64,000 bases of DNA from Clostridiales bacterium (GTDB lineage: Bacteria; Bacillota; Clostridia; Lachnospirales; CAG-274), in NCBI GenBank assembly GCA_021201395.1, contig JAJQFB010000002.1, positions 4,306-68,305 on the forward strand. The letters run 5' to 3'. Shown here in pieces: positions 56,875-64,000 of the stretch; positions within the stretch are counted from its first letter, which is position 1, and each line of letters begins with the position of its first letter. A model generated the notes under the pieces. That model saw only the letters and a list, made by a program, of their open reading frames with translations, was not told the DNA's origin and did no database searches. The position numbers and the translations under genes are program-made.

Positions 56875-59800
56875 GTGAAAAAATCATTTAATTTGTTTAA
56901 AAGAATCGAAAGCGGAGTCTTGGCCTTTGCTTTGTGTACAGGGCCTGTAGGTATATTGTCTGTCGGGGCGGCTCAGGGGAGTGTTATAACCGTAGGTAAG
57001 GGCTCGGGCTATGACTTTAATACAATTACGGAGGCTCTTGAGAGCGTTTCCGTTACGCCTGCGAAAAACAGTCCTTTGACGATAAAAATTGCCGAGGGCA
57101 CATATGAAGAAAGCTTTACGGTTTCTCTGCCCTATGTAAGCCTTGTAAATGAGGGCAAGGCGGAGGACGTTGTAATAACCTATGACAAGGCCGTGGGACA
57201 GGCGGATATGAGCAAGAGGGCAGGTACGGAGAAAACCGCTACCGTGGCCGTAAGTGCCGAAGCCGTTGGTTTTAGGGCTGAAAATATAACGTTTCAAAAT
57301 TCCTATAATTTAGAACAGGAGGAGGAATATTCACAAGCCGTGGCAATTACTACCTCGGCGGATATGGTTACCTTTGAGGGCTGCCGCTTTATAGGCAGAC
57401 AGGACACAATGTATTTAAAGGGAGCTTCGAAAGGCGCCGATGTTTCGGGCAGCGCAAATTCCGCAAGGGTATATCTTACGGGCTGCTATATAGAGGGAAC
57501 AATCGACTTTATATTCGGCGATGCTACGGCATATTTTGAAGGCTGCGATATAAATATGGCCTACAGAGAGGGCGGCGGCTATTTTACAGCTGCAAACACT
57601 ACCCTCTATAATATAGGCTATGTTTTTGACGGCTGTAATTTTACTGTTGACAGCCGCTATACAGAAGCAGACGCAGAAAGCATATATCTGGGCAGGCCTT
57701 GGCAGGCGGACGCCGACCACCCCAACTTCGGCTCAAGCGTTCTTATTATGAACTCGTCCCTTCCTGCGGTTTTGAACAGCGACGGCTTTGCCCTTTGGGA
57801 CGAAACAACCCGGACGGACAAGGTTCGTTTTATGGAATATAACAACACGGTTAAGGGGGCGGCCGAGAATACGGCGGCAAGGGCCGGCTATGTTAAAATT
57901 TTGACATCCGCCCAGGCGGCCAATTTTGCACCCTTTAATATTTTAAGAGGAAACGACACATGGAACCCGGGAAATTTTGAGTCTGTGGTAAACAGCCCCG
58001 GAGCCGAAATTACCTTAGGAGCCTATGAAATTTCCGTTCCCAAAGGAGAAAGCATAAGCCTTAAGGCCTATGTTCTTCCTTTAAATTCAAAGGAAACGGA
58101 GATTACCTATACAAGCAGTGACGGGAGTGTTGTTACTGTTGACAAAAACGGCCTTATTACTGCCCTTTCCGAGGGAAGTGTCTATATTACGGCGGCTCTT
58201 TCAAACGGCATGTACGCAAGAAGCCGGGTTACTGTTACGGCGGCAAGAACAGAAGCTCCCGTTGTTTCGGAAATTGCCTTATCCGAGGGTTCAAGCCTTA
58301 ATGTGGGAAGCTGCTTAAGGGCAAGCTACAGCTTTAATACAAAAGAGGATATGTCTGAGGACAACAGTCTTTTGAGATGGAGCGCCATTGACACAGACGG
58401 AAATGAATACATACTGACAGAGGGCAGGGGAGAAGCCTTTAAGGAATATGTTGTTGCTTCCGACGAAAAGGGCTGTTATATAAAATTTTCCGTTTATCCC
58501 GAAACGAACACAAGCTACGGGGTTGTAGGCGAGGTTAAGAGTGCCGTTACGGAAAATACAGTCAGCGGAGAAAACAACGTCCTTATAAGCGAGGGCTTCG
58601 AGGCCGTTCCCGCTGATTGGCAGACAGGGGGAAGCTTAAGCCTTGTTTCAGACTATGACAACAAATACATAACGGGGGCAAGCGAAACAAATACAGCGGC
58701 GGACAGGCTTATTTCGTCTGTTAATATTTCCGGCGGAGATTTTAAGGCTGTTTTGAGAGAGAGGTTTAACCCCGAGGCAGACGGACTTTCAGGCGACAGC
58801 TATGAAGATATTTTTGTAAATTATATTGACGAAAACAACTACTATAAAATAAGAATAACAAGAGGGGGCAACACAAAGTCCCTGAGATGGTACATTATAA
58901 AGAGCGTTGGGGGAGTTGAAGAAACTCTTGTCTCCGATGAAAGCAGTATGTCCGGCAATGTTTTGCAAAATTCCGGAGAAAATAATCCTTTCTTTAAAAT
59001 AAACATCGAAAAAAGCGGAGATAAGGTAACGGCCCGGTTTGTTTTGGAGGAAACATCCGCTGTTCTTTCAACCATATCCGCCGAATATGACGGCTCCCTT
59101 TCAAAGGGTACTTTCGGCCTTGAAATGTACGGCAAAACAGGGGGTATACTCATAGACTATATAAGGGTATTCGGCCCCTCAACAGAGGAAAAAGCAGAAA
59201 CCGCCGCAAGGATATTTATAGCCGGAGATTCAACGGCCAAAGACTACGGCACAGACAATACAATAGGCGGCTGGGGCGAATATATACCCTATTATTTCTC
59301 CGATGAGGTTGAAATTATAAACAAGGCCGAGGGGGGAAGAAGCTCCCGTTCATTTATGAATCAGGGCAGGCTTGATGAAATCTGCGAGGAGGCTCATGAG
59401 GGGGACTATGTATTTATACAGTTCGGTATAAACGATGGCCAAACAGAGGACAACTACAGGCTTGAATATTCCGTAGCTCTGGGAGAGCCGGATGCAAACG
59501 GAGTTTATCCCTCTGTAAGACCCACAAAGGTTTCCACGCCTCAGGTTCTCTTAGACGCCTATAAGGACACAGGCTATCCCTACGGGGAAACCTACTATCC
59601 CTATGACGGAGGAACCTTTAAATGGTATTTACAGCAGTATGTAACGAGAGTTAGAGAAACAGGGGCCACGCCTGTTCTTATGACCTCTATTTGCAGAGTT
59701 TTCTTTGATTCGGACGGCAAAATAACCCCTCATCACGGAGAGAACGACGGCTATATAAAGGTTGCTTTACAGGTTGCGGAGGAAATGGACTGCGATGTTA

Positions 59801-61059
59801 TAGATTTTTATGAAATAACAAAGGATTTGTATGAAAGCTACGGCTATATGATGGTTCAGGGTCTTGCAAACATAAAGGCTGACGGCTCTATGGATTTGAC
59901 CCACTATAATAAATTCGGCGCAAACATAATCGCCAGTAAGTTTGCCGCCGCCGCTAAAGAGGCAGACATAGGCCTTGAGGACTATGTAACGGCTTCAACA
60001 GCGGATGTGGAGAGAACCGACGGCCTTAAGAGCGGAAATCTCTGGCTCGTGGGAGACGGCTATATGGCGGACTATTCAAAGACTTCGGCGGATTATACGG
60101 TTGAAAGGGCAAGTCTTTACAGCTATATGTCCGAATATCTTTCAAGCCTTTTGAACGTATATTCCTGCGGTGTAGAGGGGGCAAGCTCAAAGAGCTATAT
60201 AGAAACGGCTGAATATACTGAATTTTTAAACGGTCTTTCAGCAGGGGACTATGTAATTCTCCATTTCGGAACAAATGATAAAATACCCGGTGAGGGCTAT
60301 ACAAGCCCCGAGGGAGACAAGGACACTGCGGGAAGCTTCCAATATTATCTTTATAACTACTACGTACAGCCCATAAAGGAGAAAAACGCAGTACCCATTA
60401 TTATAACTCCCATTTCGGCTTATTCATTTGAAAACGGCGAATTTGTATATACCGACGGGGGCTACTGCGATGCGGCAAGGAACCTTGTTTCTGAGCTTCA
60501 GCTCTATTTCTGCAATATGACCGAAAATACGGCGCAGCTTTATATTGAGGCAGGGGAAGAGGACGGCAGACTTTACAACGCCTATGATTCCGAGGGAATT
60601 ATTATAGCAAACAGCCTAAGTGAAATAGGGGCGAGGGAAGCCGTAAAGAGCTTCTTAAGCGCTATGGAATATTCAAGTTCGACCTTTAAGAGCTATATTC
60701 AGCTTCCCGATGAGGAAACAATCTACTTCACTAAGGGGGAGCTTGCGGAAAAAATTGCCGCCGCTTTCGGCTTTACAAGCTACGGCATACAGAAGTTTGC
60801 CGATATGCCTATGGGCAGGAGCTATGTTGACGCCTGCAACATTCTCAAGGAAAACGGAATTGCCGTAGGGGACGAAGAAAACTGCTTCTATCCCGAAAAT
60901 CTTTTAACCGCCGAGACCTACGGTGAGCTTATGGGAAATGCTGCCAAAGCTTTAGGTGTCGGAACGGATATTGAATTTGAGGCTGAAATTGAGGGAGATT
61001 TTGTAACGGACAGAGAAGCAATGAGCGGAATTACAACTCTTTTAACACTTAAAAACTAA
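56875..61059 (+). CDS. secreted multidomain pectin esterase: CE8 pectin methylesterase + Big_2 + beta-sandwich modules + two SGNH (CE12-like) domains + one SLH-like C-terminal module
   Basis: GTG start at 56875, 7 nt after AAGGAGG, and signal peptide VKKSFNLFKRIESGVLAFALCTGPVGILSVGAAQG. CE8 motifs QAVAI, GRQDTMY, DFIFG, YLGRPW. Big_2-like ITLGAYEISVPKGESISLKAYVLP. SGNH-1 blocks IAGDSTA, GGRSS, FGINDG, DLTHYN. SGNH-2 block LVGDGYMADY. SLH-like FADMPMGRSYVDACNILKENGIAVGDEENCFYPENLLTAETYGELM. Confidence 0.85.
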   Translation: MKKSFNLFKRIESGVLAFALCTGPVGILSVGAAQGSVITVGKGSGYDFNTITEALESVSVTPAKNSPLTIKIAEGTYEESFTVSLPYVSLVNEGKAEDVVITYDKAVGQADMSKRAGTEKTATVAVSAEAVGFRAENITFQNSYNLEQEEEYSQAVAITTSADMVTFEGCRFIGRQDTMYLKGASKGADVSGSANSARVYLTGCYIEGTIDFIFGDATAYFEGCDINMAYREGGGYFTAANTTLYNIGYVFDGCNFTVDSRYTEADAESIYLGRPWQADADHPNFGSSVLIMNSSLPAVLNSDGFALWDETTRTDKVRFMEYNNTVKGAAENTAARAGYVKILTSAQAANFAPFNILRGNDTWNPGNFESVVNSPGAEITLGAYEISVPKGESISLKAYVLPLNSKETEITYTSSDGSVVTVDKNGLITALSEGSVYITAALSNGMYARSRVTVTAARTEAPVVSEIALSEGSSLNVGSCLRASYSFNTKEDMSEDNSLLRWSAIDTDGNEYILTEGRGEAFKEYVVASDEKGCYIKFSVYPETNTSYGVVGEVKSAVTENTVSGENNVLISEGFEAVPADWQTGGSLSLVSDYDNKYITGASETNTAADRLISSVNISGGDFKAVLRERFNPEADGLSGDSYEDIFVNYIDENNYYKIRITRGGNTKSLRWYIIKSVGGVEETLVSDESSMSGNVLQNSGENNPFFKINIEKSGDKVTARFVLEETSAVLSTISAEYDGSLSKGTFGLEMYGKTGGILIDYIRVFGPSTEEKAETAARIFIAGDSTAKDYGTDNTIGGWGEYIPYYFSDEVEIINKAEGGRSSRSFMNQGRLDEICEEAHEGDYVFIQFGINDGQTEDNYRLEYSVALGEPDANGVYPSVRPTKVSTPQVLLDAYKDTGYPYGETYYPYDGGTFKWYLQQYVTRVRETGATPVLMTSICRVFFDSDGKITPHHGENDGYIKVALQVAEEMDCDVIDFYEITKDLYESYGYMMVQGLANIKADGSMDLTHYNKFGANIIASKFAAAAKEADIGLEDYVTASTADVERTDGLKSGNLWLVGDGYMADYSKTSADYTVERASLYSYMSEYLSSLLNVYSCGVEGASSKSYIETAEYTEFLNGLSAGDYVILHFGTNDKIPGEGYTSPEGDKDTAGSFQYYLYNYYVQPIKEKNAVPIIITPISAYSFENGEFVYTDGGYCDAARNLVSELQLYFCNMTENTAQLYIEAGEEDGRLYNAYDSEGIIIANSLSEIGAREAVKSFLSAMEYSSSTFKSYIQLPDEETIYFTKGELAEKIAAAFGFTSYGIQKFADMPMGRSYVDACNILKENGIAVGDEENCFYPENLLTAETYGELMGNAAKALGVGTDIEFEAEIEGDFVTDREAMSGITTLLTLKN

Positions 61060-61098
61060 AAACTAAAAACAAAAAAACACTGAAAACGGTGATTGATA

Positions 61099-62607
61099 AT
61101 GAAGAAAATATACACTGCTTTAATTTTTACAGCTTGTGTTATGCTGAATCTGACTGTTGTGTTGGGGGCGGATATAATTAAAACAAGGCTCTATTATGAC
61201 GGAGCCCTTCATGACTATCAGGCGGAGGCCGTTTATATAACAATAAACGGCTCTCCCCTTGAGAGCTATTCCCTTCTTCCCGTTGTTATGAATGACAGAG
61301 TTCTTGTGTGCGCCAGAGATGTCTTTACAGAGCTTGGCTGCGGTATAGAGTGGGATAATGACAGCAGGGAAATTACGGTTACAAATAGTGGCGACAGGGT
61401 AGTTATACCTGTTGACAAAAATGTAATCTATAAAAACGGAAGTGAAATTTCGGTAGACACGGCCGCAAAAATTATAAACAGCTACACTATGGTTCCCGTC
61501 AGGGTTATAGCCGAGGCTTTAGGGGCGGAGGTCAGCTTTGACAGCGAAACCAGGATTGTATTTATAAACTTCCCCGATGAAGAGGAAGAACAGGAGGACG
61601 AAAGAGCCGAAAACAGCCAAAACACCGAAAAATCTCAAAAATCCGAAAGGACGGCGTCCTCAAGCAAAAGGGGTCTTAAGATTCTCTGGGACACAATAAG
61701 CTCCTATGAAGCAAACGACAACGAAACAAAGAGGATTCCCGTTGAGGGCTTGGATGTTATTTGCCCCACATGGTTTGAAATAACCGATTCCCGTGGGACA
61801 ATTTCCGACATATCCAAAAAAAGCTATGTGGAATGGGCTCATGGCGAGGGCTATGATGTTTGGCCTCTTATTACAAACAGCTTCGATTCCTATATAACCT
61901 CAGGCTTTATAAATAATGAGGAAACGGTTGATAATATTATAGCGGAGCTTTTAGACCGCTGTATAGATTTGGGTGTAGACGGCATAAATATAGATTTTGA
62001 GAATATAAGTTCCTCCGACGGTGAGGCCTATGTTGAATTTATGAAGAAGCTTGCAGACAGATTCGGCGAGATGAATCTCATTGTTTCCGTTGACACCTTT
62101 GTTCCTGCGGCGTATAATGAAAAATATCATATGGAGGATATGGGGGAGATATGCGACTATGTTATTATGATGGCCTATGACGAACACTATTCTACAAGCA
62201 CGGAAGCCGGTTCTGTTTCCTCCCTGCCGTGGGTAGAGCAATATTTGGAAACGGCGGTTGAGCTTGCAGACCCGGATAAGCTGATTTTAGGCTGCCCCTT
62301 TTATACCAGAGCTTGGCATGTAAACGCAGGCGGCTCGGTTGGCTTAAATTCAGCCTACGGTATGGACAGTGCAATGAAGCTTCTTGAGGATAACGGCGCA
62401 GAAATTTACTATGATGAGGAAACAGGCCAGAACTACGGCGAATATTATCAGCAGGGGGAAACCGTTAAAATCTGGCTTGAGGACGAAACCTCTTTAAGAG
62501 CCAGAATGGAGCTTGCCGTGGAATATGACTGCGGCGGAGCGACCTTTTGGAGAAGAGGGTTTGAAAACGAGGAAGCGTGGGATATTATAAATGAGTATTT
62601 TAAATAG
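61099..62607 (+). CDS. secreted protein with a copper-amine-oxidase-N-like (stalk) domain and a GH18 domain
   Basis: Signal peptide, then the repeat typical of Cu_amine_oxid N-domain proteins (MVPVRVIAEALGAEVSFD), an acidic linker, and the GH18 catalytic motif GVDGINIDFE. Confidence 0.8.
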   Translation: MKKIYTALIFTACVMLNLTVVLGADIIKTRLYYDGALHDYQAEAVYITINGSPLESYSLLPVVMNDRVLVCARDVFTELGCGIEWDNDSREITVTNSGDRVVIPVDKNVIYKNGSEISVDTAAKIINSYTMVPVRVIAEALGAEVSFDSETRIVFINFPDEEEEQEDERAENSQNTEKSQKSERTASSSKRGLKILWDTISSYEANDNETKRIPVEGLDVICPTWFEITDSRGTISDISKKSYVEWAHGEGYDVWPLITNSFDSYITSGFINNEETVDNIIAELLDRCIDLGVDGINIDFENISSSDGEAYVEFMKKLADRFGEMNLIVSVDTFVPAAYNEKYHMEDMGEICDYVIMMAYDEHYSTSTEAGSVSSLPWVEQYLETAVELADPDKLILGCPFYTRAWHVNAGGSVGLNSAYGMDSAMKLLEDNGAEIYYDEETGQNYGEYYQQGETVKIWLEDETSLRARMELAVEYDCGGATFWRRGFENEEAWDIINEYFK

Positions 62608-62806
62608 CTTCCAAGGCTCCCCTTTTAAGGGGAGCTGTCCGGCAGGTTTCTTTACGCTGAATTGTTTTAGTATGTATTAAAATGTTAGTGCGGATTAGGG
62701 CTCTTGTTCCGGACTGAGAGGTGCTGAGAATCGGCACGCCGGAGCTTAACGGCACAAAATATTTTGAGTATGATTCCTTAATTTTACAAGAAAGGCGGAA
62801 AAGCTT

Positions 62807-63559
62807 ATGAAAATGATTTCCTGGAATGTAAACGGCTTAAGAGCCTGTGTGACTAAGGGCTTTGAAGATGTTTTTAAAAATATGGACGCCGATTTTTTCT
62901 CCCTGCAGGAGACTAAGCTCCAACAAGGGCAGATTGATTTTGCCCCGGAGGGCTATTATTCCTACTGGAATTATGCTGAGAAGAAAGGCTATTCGGGAAC
63001 GGCGGTTTTTACGAAAATCAAGCCCTTAAGCGTAAGCTATGGTTTAGGCATTGAGGAGCACGACAAAGAGGGGAGACTTATTACCCTTGAAACGGAAGAT
63101 TTCTATTATGTAACCTGCTACACACCAAACTCACAGGACGGCCTTAAGAGGCTTTCCTACAGAATGGAGTGGGAGGACGCCCTAAGGGCATATTTTAAGG
63201 AGCTTGAGAAGAAAAAGCCCGTTGTTTACTGCGGAGACTTAAACGTGGCTCACAATGAAATTGACCTTAAAAACCCCAAAACAAACCGCAAAAACGCAGG
63301 CTTTACCGACGAAGAAAGGGGAAAAATGACAGAGCTTCTCTCAAGCGGCTTTGTGGATACATTTAGGTACTTATATCCCGATGCTGAGGGGATATATTCC
63401 TGGTGGAGCTACCGCTTCAGAGCAAGAGAGAAGAACGCAGGCTGGCGTATTGACTATTTTATAGTGTCTGAGAGCCTTAAGGACAGAATTAAAGGGGCAA
63501 AGACACACGCGGATATTTTCGGTTCCGACCACTGCCCCGTTGAGCTTATAATAGAATAA
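62807..63559 (+). CDS. xth: exodeoxyribonuclease III
   Basis: [13 protein letters not shown]...LQETK...[12 protein letters not shown]...SDHCPV, the EEP-fold AP endonuclease pattern. 250 aa. Confidence 0.95.
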   Translation: MKMISWNVNGLRACVTKGFEDVFKNMDADFFSLQETKLQQGQIDFAPEGYYSYWNYAEKKGYSGTAVFTKIKPLSVSYGLGIEEHDKEGRLITLETEDFYYVTCYTPNSQDGLKRLSYRMEWEDALRAYFKELEKKKPVVYCGDLNVAHNEIDLKNPKTNRKNAGFTDEERGKMTELLSSGFVDTFRYLYPDAEGIYSWWSYRFRAREKNAGWRIDYFIVSESLKDRIKGAKTHADIFGSDHCPVELIIE

Positions 63560-63571
63560 GACGGTGATGTT

Positions 63572-63880
63572 ATGATAACGAAGCTGAACCATGCCGAGGC
63601 TAAAAGACTTCTTGATAAGGACAGGAGCCTTAAGCTTATAGACGTAAGAACAAAAGAGGAATTTGAGGAAAGCTATATAGACGGAGCGGAGCTTCTTCCC
63701 CTTGACGAAATAGAGAAAAGGGCAGGGGAGGCGCTTCCCGATAAGGAACAGGAGATTATGGTTTACTGTCAAAGCGGAAAGAGAAGCAAGGCTGCGGCGG
63801 AGCTGCTTGAGGAGATGGGATATAAGCATATCTATGATATGGGAGGGCTGATTGACTGGCCGTTTGAGGTGGTTATGTAG
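63572..63880 (+). CDS. rhodanese-like domain protein
   Basis: Single rhodanese domain with the active-site loop CQSGKRS. 102 aa. Confidence 0.85.
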   Translation: MITKLNHAEAKRLLDKDRSLKLIDVRTKEEFEESYIDGAELLPLDEIEKRAGEALPDKEQEIMVYCQSGKRSKAAAELLEEMGYKHIYDMGGLIDWPFEVVM

Positions 63881-64000
63881 TTTGGGCGGCATAGGATTCG
63901 GGCGAGGCAAGGAAAGTACCCCTCAGTCCGAAGTTAGGGTATTGATACGCACTAATAAATCTGTTACAGTTAAAACTGCAATGTCATTTAGTTAACATAA

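Noticed and set aside
62695-62760. TAGGGCTCTTGTTCCGGACTGAGAGG...ACGGCAC resembles parts of the ykkC/guanidine-I riboswitch consensus (CUAGGGUUCCG...GGUCCGAGAG...ACGG).
   Set aside because: The match is only partial, and I could not trace the expected P1-P3 helices. The downstream gene (exonuclease III) is not a known ykkC-regulated class, and a related motif occurs in inverted orientation after the rhodanese gene.
1-64000. Search by eye for tRNA/rRNA genes, CRISPR arrays, tandem repeats and prophage blocks.
   Set aside because: I saw no T-arm-like GGTTCGAATCC-type motifs, no regularly spaced direct repeats and no phage structural genes. Absence cannot be proven without tRNAscan-SE, Infernal or a CRISPR finder.

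Overview
This 64-kb chromosomal segment reads like a Gram-positive anaerobe of class Clostridia. That placement is my inference from gene order and protein sequences only, since no database search was possible.

Most of the window is housekeeping:
- DUF4321-maf-mreB-mreC-mreD-PBP2-minD-minE-rodA-mgsA-like (2.3-11 kb)
- xylB / DUF815 ATPase / ychF (11.4-15.6 kb, minus strand)
- nudF-prmA-rsmE-cysteine desulfurase (16-19.6 kb)
- RluA-family synthase / prfB / secA (21.2-25.9 kb, minus)
- an amino-acid ABC transporter (26.5-29 kb, minus)
- CorC-mreB paralog-mutS2 (29.5-34.2 kb)
- yigZ-cvpA-membrane propeller-like protein (34.4-37.2 kb, minus)
- rpmH-rnpA-yidD (37.5-38.3 kb)
- purH and a CPA2 antiporter (39.2-42 kb, minus)
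- HAD-chrA-chrA-radical SAM (42-45 kb)
- radC-topA-dprA-comM-rsmG (50-56.5 kb, minus)
- a ~1,394-aa secreted pectin methylesterase/acetylesterase fusion plus a GH18 protein (56.9-62.6 kb)
- xth and a rhodanese (62.8-63.9 kb)

I recognised no rRNA, tRNA or CRISPR array.

The less ordinary content is:
1. An unrecognised ~165-168 bp palindromic MITE-like repeat, bounded by TTAA. It has four complete copies and one solo end. One copy splits an Rpn-family nuclease gene, and excising it restores the reading frame exactly.
2. A translationally coupled DUF3791-DUF3990-DUF3791 trio whose middle protein carries PARP-like HGS / GxGFY motifs.
3. Directly upstream of that trio, an intact 459-aa P-type ATPase homolog. 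It keeps the 10-TM transport core but lacks the actuator and nucleotide-binding domains and the DKTGT phosphorylation site.
4. A second SGNH domain in the pectin esterase in which all three catalytic residues are replaced.
5. A GC-richer, ORF-free ~300 bp stretch containing a 26-bp-stem hairpin between an XRE regulator and purH.
6. A decayed IS3-family OrfA relic.

At least five otherwise ordinary genes (dprA, radC, the HAD hydrolase, the Rpn-family gene, probably DUF1275) are split by single-base indels at or next to short homopolymer runs. That pattern looks more like assembly error than biology and should temper any pseudogene call here.

Coordinates of non-ORF features were counted by eye and may be off by 1-2 nt.
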